From contig CM120645.1 in NCBI GenBank assembly GCA_051362555.1, positions 10,230,001 to 10,294,000 on the forward strand: a stretch of DNA of 64,000 nucleotides. The letters run 5' to 3'. Under the pieces are notes generated by a model, which was not told the origin of the DNA, ran no database searches, and saw only the letters and a program-made list of their open reading frames with translations. The translations under genes and the position numbers were made by a program. Positions 1 to 12,949 of this stretch are shown here, one piece after another. Positions within the stretch are counted from its first letter, which is position 1. Each line of letters opens with the position of its first letter. The DNA is from Lingula anatina (Eukaryota > Animalia > Brachiopoda).

Positions 1-309
1 TAATATGGTCTAACACAAACATTGTGACTGCTATACATTAGAGTCTAGCAACAATTGCAGTAGTTGTTCTAATCTCTCACAAACACAATCACAGCTTTCT
101 TGCTGTACCCATAATAATTAATTTATATGGACACACTGTTTTTAAAACGAACTGTTTTGCAGGACTTTTCCTTTAAGCCCCCTTAAAAATCATCCATTTC
201 AAAGTCTCAAAGGGATATCATAAATTACTGTTACAAAATTTTAGCAAGGAAAGTGAATATACAAGAAATGCAGTTAACTTTCTATAAAGAGTCCCATGTT
301 GTGACTGAC

Positions 310-2986
310 CTGGTGCGTGTCTGCTCACTCTGGAAGCATACACAGTGGGTCTCCTCCCCTCCATTGTGTGCTGGTTTAAGCCAGATATTACATGGGAAGG
401 TCCACTCCTGCTCCTCCAGGGGATCATACAGCTTGATGTTGTCCAGGTGCCTAAAGTGTGATCAGTAAAACACTATACGTACTGTACACTCATTATGGTC
501 TTTACATTTAATTATTTTAGTTATTCAGAAATTTCAGATACCTCACTCACGAACTCTTAAAATAATTTTTTTTTCAAGATATTCAGATATAAGTTTTCAC
601 AAAAGTACACAATCCCATTTCAAACCAAAATTCTTTAGTAAAAAAGTCTTAAGTGTCTTTCTTACTTATTACACATAAACATTTTCTAAGCAAAATATGT
701 TAAATTAGTATTGAGGATTAAGTTGTTCATTTTACATGTACACCTATGATACTGAGCTGATAGAAAAATGAAGCAAAATCTCACCATTTGGCTTTCTTCC
801 CCTGTCCATTCTGAATGATGACCACATGGGACATTTTCCTAAGGGGAGCTGCAAAAACAACAGACTTCCGAGTTCCATAATGTATTATTTAGTAGTAGTA
901 GTAGAAGTTTAGAATATATTTTATTAGTTTGATATTGAAGGTGCAACAAAGCCTAGGCTATTGATGACTTCGCACAGTTGTCAAAATGAAAAAAATTGAA
1001 AATATTTTTCAGAAAGTGTTTATATTGTGAAAAATTTTCAAATGGCAACTGAAAATGAAGATTCCATCTTCTATAATAAAAATTATCATATTTGCCAGTG
1101 TACCTTGTGTGTAGACCAGAAACATGTCCTTATTCCCACGTTTCAGTATTGGCTATTCAGAGTCATAGGCTGAGAGTCTGTACTTTGCTGAGGAGCTGGT
1201 CTCACTGTACAACTGAACATCTATCTTGGCATTAGTGCCTGCATCTGAAAAGAAAAAGATATTACATTATTTGAATCATATATAAGTATGTATGTCCTTA
1301 ACCTTTTGTACAAATCGTTCAAGATCTATTCTTATAGATGATTTAAATCTTGATAAATATATATATATATAAAAGGCACTAACTCAAGACTACTCATTTA
1401 CAAAAGCTATATTTACTTTTTAAGTACTTTTCTTCAGCTGGCAAATTAAGAGTTTTTAAAATAAAAAATTAACTTCATTTTATCATCTTTAAGGAAATAA
1501 AACCCTAGTTAATAAAAATATCTCCTGGTTGTAGATGTGGCTTACCTTTCCTAAGTCCAGTTGTTACAGTCATGATGTAGGCATATTCTGCTCCAGACTC
1601 AGCAGGGATGGTAATTATTTTGGACTGAAGATTAAACGAATGAAAACAAGATAAAGTTAAAAGGTGTACTCATTTTCAAAATAAATAAATCAATAAATAA
1701 ATAAATAGGAGAGAGAGAGAGAGATAAAGAATACCATTTTTTCTACATTGAGATTTTATCAGTACAAATACCAGCAAAACAAAATCATTTGGTTTCATTG
1801 ACTATTTAATACTGGTAGTTCCTTTAAAAATAATAGTAATTTGTAAAAATCTTTTTTTTAAATAATTGATTCAAACTTAAAGATATTGCAATAATTATGA
1901 GAAAAAGCTATTGAATTTATTTATCTTGTTGCAATTTGCAAATTTGCGAAACGAAGTTTATTCCAAAGACCCCCCCCCATAAAAAAGTGAAAATTAATGC
2001 TATGAATTGTTAAGGTTAGTACCTTCCTTCGCCTTTTAATCATCACTACAGACAGTAGGATGAGAAAGGGGATAAGGAATACACTCAAAAGCAATGTGTT
2101 GTGCACAACTGAGCCACTAGCAGTAAATGTAGGTAGTGGAATGTACATATCAGAATGGATTAAGCTGCCACTCATTACTCCATGCAAAGGAACAGATGAA
2201 ACTAAAGAGCAAAGAAAAAGAAAATACAAAGCAAAGAAAAGAAAAAAAAAAAGAGAAGGTGAATAATATTTATAAATAAAATATACTATAGAATATTTAG
2301 ATAGAAACATAAATAATAAATACTAAAACTATAAAAAGAGGAAGACAAATAGAAAATGAAACATGCAAGATGAGAAAAAAAGTAAAATATACAACAATAA
2401 TCAACAAAAGAGAGATATGACTAGTGATTGTTTATTCCTCAGAGCCTCACCTGTTGCTTGAGCATGTGGCAATCTATCGTTCTCCACAAAAATGTCATAA
2501 ATTGGGCCTGAGCTGGGATTCTTTCTAGCTTGGCCCATACCGCTGGCTTCAGAATTGGCACGAGGCAATGGGAGGCCAAAGCCTGAAATAAAAAATCCAA
2601 ATAAATCAGTGAATCAACTATCTAATAATGACTTATTTCCTGTAATTTGTATGGGTATGGATTTATGTTTAAATATTTTCTGAGGCACGCTAAATCTATG
2701 CGGTCACGTCCTTGACAACGGTAAACAAACGATGATTGACATCTTAAACCTTAAATTTTTAAATTCCTGCAATAGGAAACAGCAAAATTTAACTTCAGTG
2801 GCAGATAATTGTTATCTGAATGCACTTTAACTAATAAAAATGCTGCTGATAAATGGAATTTCCAAAACCTTCGAAATAAAACGAAAACTCACCGCCTCGA
2901 GCAATGGCCAAAACAAATAAGAAAAACAGTAACTGGCGTGAAATATTTCCACCAGAATGACCAGCTGATCGTATTAGCTTGATCAT
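310..2986 (-). CDS. Polycystin-1-like PLAT-domain membrane protein, copy B (5' part; gene continues beyond window start)
   Basis: Exons 2893-2986, 2451-2582, 2023-2201, 1546-1624, 1104-1244, 785-848 and 310-450 have GT-AG borders and the same sizes as copy A. Encodes signal peptide MIKLIRSAGHSGGNISRQLLFFLFVLAIARG, a TM segment, then PLAT motifs YAYIMTVTTGLRKDAGTNA and FPCNIWL. Confidence 0.8.
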
Positions 2987-3136
2987 CCTGTTCCTTATGC
3001 AATCAACTCGCTAACAAAATAACCTAATTATTCACAGATACTCTATTATTTAAGAAATACTTGCAAAATTGCAACATGAATAAAAGACGGTAGATTCCGT
3101 TCGTCCATCCATGTTTGCGCGCAAATTCGTCTGCTT

Positions 3137-3146
3137 ATGACGTCAT
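3137..3146. promoter_or_regulatory. CRE palindrome (ATGACGTCAT) in putative promoter of polycystin-like copy B
   Basis: The same motif lies at 10813-10822 upstream of copy A, within a conserved GCGCGCA...TCGTCTGCTTATGACGTCAT block about 140-150 bp upstream of each ATG. Confidence 0.45.
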
Positions 3147-4448
3147 ATTAGGGCCGAACATAAAATGTGGAACGCAAAAAAGTTACTTCATAAATAAAAG
3201 TAGTTTTTTTGTTTAACAGAATTTGAAAATTTTACACAATTTTATGAAAAATAAATCAATTCCTCTCATTCTGTACAATATCTGAAATTTATGCAGCATA
3301 ATACCAATAGTTCACAGGAATAGCGTTCCAGATTATTCTTCTTTTATATCTCAAAACTCTTTTGCTTTTGGAGGCAACTTTTCATCCGTCACAGAGTTAC
3401 CACGAATAAATTATATTTAAATACCTTTCTTCAAGGACTCAATTTTTTTTTTTTTTTTTGTTTGTTTGTTTTTGTTTTTTTTTTTTTTTTTTTTTGGAGA
3501 AGGCACACAAGCCGAAAGCTTGGTCTCTTTTTTCTATCATAGTTGATCTTTACAGATGCGATTTCAATGCAATTATTTGTTGCTTGCACCTATGAATTTT
3601 ATAACTTCTTGGTGGCACAACATGAACACGGCGTATTATAAATGGTCATCAGTTCAGTAAGTTTCAAGACAAAAGGTAAAACGGTTGTCCACTTATCGTG
3701 TTATTGGCGAAAATGCACGGCGGTGTTGACGGCTATATGTACAGACACATCTGTATCTGTACATAAAAAGGAAATGAAGAGCAAATACGACAAATAAAAA
3801 TGATAATCTTTATTGTTTCTGGCACAAAGTAACTGATTGGAGACTGACCTGGGTCAACATGACCTAACTCACTAAACATTATACTTTAAGTGCAGATATA
3901 CACTACTGTGCAGGTTTGTAAATATGCTTCTTTTTTCCAGAAAAAAATGCATACAATAATAAACCACATAATTGAAATAGTCAAATATATTGAAATGGAC
4001 GGAATAATTTGAAATGCAGTAGCTTTTTAAAATAGTATCACCTAATCGTTGTATATCAGTCATAGTTTTTTTTTTTTGGATGATTCTGCATTTTGTGATA
4101 CTAATATGAAATAAAATTGCACAAAGATATATCACATAAAAGCTGTTTAACAAATCAGTCTGATAAATACTCAATATAGGTTGTCCATCTTCGAATGAGA
4201 AGTAAAAACTGACAGTTTGTTTATTTGATCCTATTGTAATAAAACTGGTACCTTTGTTTATTTTTGTGGTTTTAAGATAAGATTTCAGTTTGTAGTACTT
4301 GCTTTCATTCTGATTTGTTTTAAAGAGAAACTTTTGACAGTGTGACAAATTGAAAAATGAGAGTTGTCAAAAATCCAGTGCTGAGGATTGAAAATTTCAG
4401 TAAAAGTTAGCATTATCCTCAGACATTCAGCAAAGTGAGTATCATAAG

Positions 4449-7400
4449 TTATCTATTATTTGCTGCTGGGAACACAGCTCTGTAGATGACAACAGAGGCC
4501 ACTTTCAGGGGTTCAAAGATGAACACCTCCTCCAGCAGAGCAAACACGACAAGACAAGCCCAGCGGTATGAGCTCTCTGTGGTCAGCTCAATCATGTAGA
4601 TCTCAGTGAAGAACAGAGAGATGAAGACAGAGCACAGGAGAAGAACAATAATGATGTAAAGTACATAGTGTGGGAGTTTCTTCTTCATCTCCCCTGTTGC
4701 CTCCATCTCTAGCTGAAGTAGCTGGGCATCAGTTAGCTGCTGTGTTGATGTAAGAGATGCCTTTTTGAGGTCATCACCAGGACTGGCATCATCTGAAGTA
4801 TATTTAATATAAATATTCAACAAAAAATGACAATATACAAATATCTTTTTAGGTTCACCATTTAAAGGACCAAAGAAAAATAGAAATTAAAGCATGTTCA
4901 ATTATGATAATCAAGGAAATGATATTAAATTAAGTAACAATTTTTGCAATTGATGTTTTCACAGAGAGCTATGTTTTGTTAAAGAAATTTACTGAAGGTT
5001 AATTTTTATAAATATTAAAAAAAATTTGTTTTATTTATATTTATATGAAAAGAAAAGAAAGGTTTATCAAATAACACTAAATGTAACTAGAGAATAATAT
5101 ATCAAAGTCGGACAAATATCAATAAAAATGCAGTGACCAAAGATCAATTAATGCTGATATTGTACTATATCAAAAGAAGATTTTCTAACATACAACAAAA
5201 AAGAAGTACACAACCTACCATCTTCCAGGTGAAGCACAGCATAGGCAGACTCAAACACAGTTGCCATGCTGTCCTGGTTGATGGTGCCATCTGTCATGCT
5301 GCCTTGTTGTACAACGTTGTGATGGGCAGAAATAGCACTGGCGTCATCTCTGTAATAGGAAGAAAGATTTCACAAAAAAAAATAAATGAATTGTATGTGA
5401 AAAATCAAAATGAAATAATAATAAAATATAATTTAATTATAAAAGATGACTGAATAAAATAAGAAATAGAATAATAAAATAAAAATATAAGTCGCCTTTC
5501 CTGTCCCCTGCATTACCTTGCTGTCATGTTGGTGTTGCCAGTCTCAGGATCACCACTGGTGCCATTGCTATTGTTAATGTTGTCATTGGTCTGCAAGATG
5601 CTGGTATCAGACTGTGACCTGGGATGATTACTGACACAATTACAAATTACAGATATATTTTGGACATGACATATCTTAACTAAGATCCAACCTTAATTAA
5701 ATTTGAAATTACATGCAAATGAAACAAAATTTTATACATCAATATTCTATTTCTTTGTCATATTGCTTTCTTTCAAAAATTTTATCTGAATGTTATATTT
5801 ATGTACAACCTATTACCTATATGTGTAAGCTCTAACAATTGTTATAAACACTTATCCTAAAATCATCACTAAATACAGCATCAAATATCACTAGATATAT
5901 GTAATGCATACCTCTGCAGCCTGATATCTTGGCAAGCTCTTGCAGCGGAGGTCTCTACGTCCATGTGGCTGAGGCGTTTCTTGGCAAGGTTCTGCCTCAT
6001 GAGTTCAGTCTTAGAGGCCAGTGATGCCTGCCTGCTGAATGGCATCTCCTCCCTGTTGAACACCATGGTGTGGCGCCTCTGTCTCTTCCCTGGCCCAGCA
6101 GATGGGGGAATGGGGCTGGAAGATGTGAAAAAATAATGAAATATGGTAAAGAATTACCCTATATTTATATACTATAACTAAAATTACAATACAATACAAT
6201 TAGTAGAATGTTGATTAAATGAAGTGTGGAGAGTTTAAGAATAATTACCGTACCTGATGATGGCATGGGAGGACAGTGCCTTTGCTGGCATTTCATCCAT
6301 CTCCTCAAAGGGCATATCACTGGGCTGCCAGGCTGACAGCAAGGGCTGGGGCTTGTCTCCAAGGAGGGTGTTACTCAGGTTGAGCTGAGAGTCCTTGGCA
6401 CTCACAGAGCCCCTGGCCACTTTAGGAATGGCTGAAATACAGGATGTTGATTTATTTTCTGATAGATGAATCATGATGCTGGTGTTTCTTTCAACATGAG
6501 TTAGTTCTTATACTAAATGATTCAGAAAAACCTGACAGACTTTGAAACCTATTCTAAAACTCGGAAATATGAATGGTTATTTCATGACACTTATGCTGAC
6601 AACTTATAAAAAATTCAACCAATAAGAAATTGATAAGTAACAGTTCAATTAATGTAAATACCTGAGGGTTTGAATTCCTCCAGCTTCTGTTCCCCACCAT
6701 AAGCTGTGTAAGTCAGTTCTACAGGGATATCTGCAGTGTCCAGTACTTCACTTTGAGAAGCTCCATGATGGACCTCAGCCTCCACCAGATACTGGTCCTG
6801 GCCTATGCAGACCATGGTGTCATCCTCCACACCAACACTGTCTGGGATGTTTGCATCTCCAGAGAGAATAAAGGCCTCCTCGTCATCTGGGGGAGCATCC
6901 CTGCAGGCCTGGCGGGCCATGCTGATTCTTCCTCCCCCACCAGTGTCAGGCTGGTCAGTCCATCCCAGGGGGTCCATGTTGAGGATATCATACATCCAGC
7001 AGAGGCGTTTGGTCACTGTGTTACACAGGGTGAACTCCACCAGGCAGTTGAGCAGCTTGATGACAAAGTGGATGCCAAATGCAATGATGAAGAGGTCCCC
7101 AGATACCAACTGTTTCTCCCCACTGGCAGGCTGTGGGAAGGCCACAGTGAGCAGGATGTTCCCCAGCAGGTAGTTGACATACAGGGAGAACAGAGTCAGG
7201 ACTGTGAGAGGACGGGACAGGGTGCAGGGGTGCTCACGTGGACCTCCAAACACAGTATTGACCCACAGGTGGAACTGGAGCAGGTTGGAAGTGATGGTGT
7301 TGAACAACCAACTGAAATGTGAACAAAGGGAAACATCTTTAATTTACACTCATAACAAGCTAACTACAGTCTTGATTAATTTTATTTTATTGATTTATCT

Positions 7401-10317
7401 TTTTTTATTTACCTTAGTCTATAATTTATTTTTATTTTTATCAATATTTTTTATTTTATTTTATTCACTCACTTTAATTACTGTAATTTATTTCTAGCAA
7501 TGCGTAGAAATAGACCCTGTGACATTTGGCAGAAATGGACGATAAATGCATGTTAATAACATGGTTAAACACACACAGCATTATTTCTCTACAATGCCCT
7601 GAGCATCAATTGCAGTAGTTGCTCTAGTCTCTCACAAATACAATCACGGCAACAATGGTTTGCTGAATATCCCCAGCACTCATTTTGGAACATTGACATT
7701 TAAAGGGAAGCTTCCTTAAAAAATAGCCCCCCCCTTAAGTCTAACAGACATTTTACAACTACATTTCTTTCTTGTTAAGGAAATTACAGTAAGCAAAGTG
7801 AATATATACATGCAAGCATTGCAGCTAACATTCCCCCTGACTAAGAGTCCCATGTTGTGACTGACCTGGTGCGTGTCTGCTCACTCTGGAAGCATACACA
7901 GTGGGTCTCCTCCCCTCCATTGTGTGCTGGTTTAAGCCAGATATTACATGGGAAGGTCCACTCCTGCTTCTCCAGGGGATCATACAGCTTGATGTTGTCC
8001 AGGTGCCTGAAGGGAGATCAGCAACACTTCATGTACACTCATTATGGTCTTTACATTTAAATTTTGAAAATTGCTCAGAAATTTTAAATGCCTCACTTAT
8101 TCTTACATTCATTCAGATATTCATTTTTTTTCACAAAAACATTATTTCTGATTTGAAACCTCTACACTTTAATAAAATTTTTTGAAATGTCTTTCTTGCG
8201 TATTACAAATAAAACATTTTCCAACCAAATTTGATGAATCAGTATCATGATTTCAGAGCTAATTACACTGCTAATACTAAGCGGTTGCTTTTATGCCTAA
8301 TTTACACACTGTTATATCTTACTAAACTTTTAAAATGGGCTTAAAAGTTTTAACTTTTCTTTCACATTGAGGTAGCCACAAAAGAAGTCTGTGTGAATTT
8401 TAAAAATCAGTAATACTTTTACCATTACTAAAAAGAGCAAAAGAGTAATAGTTATTTGGGAGAAAAGATAAATAAAGAAAAAATGAAGCAAGAACTCACC
8501 ATTTGGCTTTCTTCCCCTTTCCTTTCTGAGTGATGACCACATGGGACATTTTTCCAAGGGGAGCTGCAAAAATAATTCTCTATTTCACTTTATTATTATA
8601 TAAAAAAATTCTCATAAACATTTACTATTGTGGGAAGATTTTTAAATGGTAACAGAGCTAAGAGATGCAGATGATACCATCTGTTAAATTAAAATTATCG
8701 TATTTCCCAGTTTACCTTGTGTGTAGACCAGAAACATGTCTTTATTCCCACGTTTCAATATTGGCTGTTCAGTGTCATAGGCTGAGAGTAGGTACCTTGC
8801 TGAGGAGCTGGTCTCACTGTACAACTGAACATCTATCTTGGCGTTAGTGCCTGCATCTGAAAAGAAAAAACACAGAAAAAGATAGTAATAAGATTGAAGA
8901 TATAATATAAAAAGGTATCAAATAATTTGAATCATATAATGGATACACACCCCAAATCTTTTCTACAAGTTGTTTAATATCTATTTTTTAATTTTTTAAA
9001 AATATGAAATCCAGTAACAAGTGCATTCTATATTAACATGTGCTAATATGTCCATATACTTATAAGCATTTACTTTTTCAAAAAAATGATATTACAGAGA
9101 TATTTTATATCTTGACAACTAAGTATTTATGGCAGAAATGATATGGCTTACCTTTCCTAAGTCCAGTTGTTACAGTCATGATGTAGGCATAGTCTGTTCC
9201 AGACTCAGCAGGGATGGTAATTATTTTGGACTGAAGATAAATTTAATGAAAATAAGATAAAGTAAAAAGAGGTTTGTAGATTATATGCATAAAAAATTAC
9301 ACAAAAAAGGTGTACTCATTTTCAAAAAACAAAACAAAACAAACGAAATTATGTTGAGACCTTATCAGTATACAGAACCAAAATAATTTCTGTTTTATTG
9401 GCCAATTAATAGTTCTGACAGCTTTCAGAATAATCATCTCAAAACATGGAAAATCTTTTATAAACATTTGATTCCAACAATAATTGTGAGATAAAGTTTA
9501 ATTTATTTTGACTTGTTTGCAAAACAAAGTTTACTTTAAAGACACCCCCCTTCCCAACACAAAAAAAAGTGAAAAATAATGCTATAAACTGTTAAAGTTA
9601 GTACCTTCCTTCGCCTTTTAATCATCACTACAGGCAGTAGGATGAGAAAGGGGATAAGGAATACATTCAAAAGCAATGTGTTGTGCACAACTGAGCCACT
9701 AGCAGTAAATGTAGGTAGTGGAATGTACATATCAGAATGGATTAAGCTTCCACTCATTACTCCATGCAAAGGAACAGATGAAACTAAAGACCAAAGAAAA
9801 AGAAAAAAAGAACATGCAAGGCAAAGTAAAGCAAAAAAAAAAAAGAGAGAGAGAGAGAGGGAGAGAGAGACAGAAGTGTAACAATGTTAATAGATAAAAT
9901 AGATAAATTAAAATTAGGAAAATTAAGATAGAGACAGAAAATAAAGGATATAATTGTTATTAGGGAAGGAAATGGAAAAGAAAACATGCAAGAGAAAGCA
10001 AAACACTTTAACAGTGGTTTAAAAAAACTAAAAACTACGAGCTACGATATTTGTTTCACCTAACAATCACTGGTGATTGTTTATTCCTCAGAGCCTCACC
10101 TGTTACTTGAGCATGTGGCAATATATCATTTTCCACATAAATGTTATAAATTGGGCCTGAGCTGGGATTCTTTCTAGCTTGGCCCATACCGCTGGCTTCA
10201 TAATTGGCACGAGGCAATGGAAGGCCAAAGCCTGAGATCAGATTGAAACCCAAATAAATCAATGAATCAATCATCTTATTATGCTTTTACTTTAATTTTA
10301 TCAGCATTTTCTCGGTC

Positions 10318-10388
<71 letters not shown>

Positions 10389-10676
10389 TGCAGTCACGTC
10401 CTTGACAACGGTAAACAATCGATGTTAAAATCTAATAGGTCAAAATTTTTGAAAATTCCTGCAATAAGTCACATCAAAATCAAACTTTAAAAACAAATAA
10501 CACTGAGTTTAATGTATCTACAAACCCAAATGCTGTTGATAGATTGAATTTCCAAAACATTCGAAATAAACTGAAAACTTACCGCCTCGAGCAATGGCCA
10601 AAACAAGTAGAAACAATAGTAAATGGTGTGAAATATTTCCACCAAAATGACCAGCTGATCGTATTAGCTTGATCAT
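4449..10676 (-). CDS. Polycystin-1-like (PKD1L-related) truncated 5-TM protein, copy A, 13 coding exons, 812 aa
   Basis: Exons 10583-10676, 10100-10231, 9605-9783, 9152-9230, 8716-8856, 8500-8563, 7866-8006, 6662-7311, 6254-6431, 5912-6115, 5517-5618, 5219-5349 and 4449-4792. All are GT-AG with consistent phases and total 2439 nt. Contains a PLAT domain (YAYIMTVTTGLRKDAGTNAKI...KRGNKDMF...LG...W...FPCNIWL), the post-PLAT HLW motif, and TM4/5 motifs LPHY...W...EPLKV typical of the polycystin-1 family. Confidence 0.8.
10322..10382. repeat. (AT)n microsatellite in the first coding-region intron of polycystin-like copy A
   Basis: About 30 AT units, directly visible; absent from the equivalent intron of copy B. 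Confidence 0.95.
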
Positions 10677-11574
10677 CCTGTTCCTTTTGCGATCATGTCG
10701 CTACCAAAATTACCTAAAATTATTCAGATTCTCGTTTCTATTCGATATTCTTGCAAAATCGCAACATGAATAAAAGACAGTGGATTCCGTTTGCGCGCAG
10801 AGTCGTCTGCTTATGACGTCATATCAAAGCCGACGCTAAAAGCTGGAACGTAAATAAAATTACTTGATAATTTCAAATGAACATTATTTGTTAAGTGAAT
10901 TCAAGAAAATCATACAGTGAAAAAAAAATAGCTTAAATTTTTTAAAAGATTGCACTTTCTTTTAAAAGAAGTGTAATACAAATTGTTTTAGGAAATAGCG
11001 TTCCACAAGATTCTTTATTTTCTAACACTAAAACTCTTTTGCCTTCAGAGGTAATTTTTTTTCTCAAAAAAAAAATTCTGTCACGCCTACTGAAGCTGCT
11101 AGGGGGTAATTAAGTACAGTATCGTTAAGCAGCTGCAGTGGGCGTGCCATACATCTAAGCCGCTTAAATGGAAAGCAATTTAGCGAGAAACCCCTCGGAG
11201 ATGGATCGATCCTGTTAGATCGATCTAGGTAGGGGAACCCAGTCGATCATATGATAGGGTCTGGGAAAGTCTGGGAATGGTCCCTAATTTTTTTTTTTTT
11301 TTTTTTTTTTTTTGTCTTATAAACATAGTCGCAGGGAATGACAGCAGCAATTGAATTTACATGTACATGTACATGCATGTAAGTTCTAGACATGTAGGCT
11401 CTACACATATGTTTATATTCAAAATGCAAGGTTTTGTGCCATTAAGTATTTTATTCACAGCGACAGAGGGGAATTAAATTTCCCATATGCAGTGATAATA
11501 AAGAAAAGAAAAGGTAAGCAAGTTGCTTGAAAAGCTAGACTGACTGTTCTATTCTATCAAACCGCTCTGTTATA

Positions 11575-11720
11575 TCGGTCGTTGACATGTTTGGTTCACC
11601 TTGACAAGGGAGCTAGCGTGAACTCACGACCTACTTAGAGAAGTAGGGCACAGCTTCGTACGAGCCAAGCGGGTAATAGTTAACCGTGAACTTGACGCAC
11701 AGGCGTTGTTAATTGCAGTT
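11575..11720 (+). repeat. Interspersed repeat module, homologous to 20640-20790
   Basis: Shared collinear blocks TCACCTTGACAAGG...CGTGAACT...GACCTACTT...TAGGGCA...CCGTRAACTTGA in both locations. Confidence 0.6.
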
Positions 11721-11879
11721 TAATCTGTTCTGATGCCCTGTTTGGTGTTTAACGTGATTAATAGCGAGCAAAAACTCGGTTTTAAAAAGCTGCATAGAGG
11801 CTACGACCTACTGTTTTACTGCATGCAGGTACTTCAACAGGGTCTCTTAGGGTTTTATAAGGCACAAATACCAGTATAC

Positions 11880-11919
<40 letters not shown>

Positions 11920-12059
11920 CACAGAACAAAACTGTGCAGTAAGGTAGGCCTCTACGGGGCAGTAGCAATTAGCCTTTTTCATCTTTTCCGGAAACTGAAA
12001 TTGCATTGTGGGTAGGGGAGCCCTGCTACGTCGAAACGCTTACAGCGGTGCTAAAAACC

Positions 12060-12540
12060 ATGGCTGGGTTTATGTGCTTTTTGTCCCGCTACTTCAATAA
12101 CAGTAAGCGAGATCCACACATGAGGTTTAATAAGTTCCCCACAAACCCGTTAGAATGAAAAATATGTTAGAAAGAAAGGAAAATATGGCAGGTTTGGATC
12201 AAAAGCAGGGCACCGCGTTTGCGCTGAACATTTCGAAGGCGGGAAGAAAAACTATAATATTAGGAGATCAACGGTGCTTTAATAAAAAACAGAAATGCTT
12301 AGTTAAACAACGGATATAACGAACTATCGGCAAATAGAACTCGGGGGTAAAAAATGCGAGAAAAAAAACATTATAAAGATTTGAAGAAAAAAATGAAGAA
12401 TAGGCCGGGGCCTAAAAATTAAGAAAAGACTTCAAGCATGAGATTATGGAAAAAGAAAGTAAAAGCTGTGAAGTTTTACACGGGGATTCTACTTACAAAA
12501 AATTCAAGAACTTTCACGCCTTTTTGTGTAACAACAAAGA
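12060..12540 (+). pseudogene. Decayed THAP-domain transposase fragment (Harbinger/ISL2EU-like)
   Basis: Frameshifted translation MAGFMCF..FNNSKRDPHMRFNKFP, then HRVCAEHF (12211-12234, matching THAP C-x-x-HF), then VKFYTG (~12468). Stops and frameshifts are present. Confidence 0.6.
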
Positions 12541-12949
12541 GAAGGTTTGAAAAGTTTTGTATGTAATATCCTTTTTGTGTGTGTTTTATTGATAAGTGAT
12601 CATTTTAAATATTGTAGGCCCATCACAGGTGTTAGTCTCTAATAACCCTTAGCAGGGTGGGTTCTATTTTTTTTAACGTGAGACGTTAATAAAATTTTTA
12701 TTATTATGTATTCAGTCCCGTATACGTATTACTGATTTGTACAAACGGGGCTCATATTATCAAGATCAACAGAGACATACGAAGAAGAAAGTACATCGGC
12801 TCTTGTTGAACGCGTTATCGGCGAAATAAAAAGTTATTTATTTCTGAACTCAATGACAAGAGAATTGGAAAATACAAAAAATGCAGAAAAGCCTTTCTGT
12901 AAGCTACACGTACATAATACATGTATGGTAAAGTAAATGGATAATAAAC

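Noticed and set aside
3872-4348. 158-aa minus-strand ORF as a possible continuation of the polycystin-like gene
   Set aside because: Lies in AT-rich sequence after the stop codon, starts at a non-ATG codon and has no TOP or channel motifs; probably 3' UTR.
6753-7497. Plus-strand ORFs of 107-189 aa
   Set aside because: Antisense shadows of the large polycystin-like exon.
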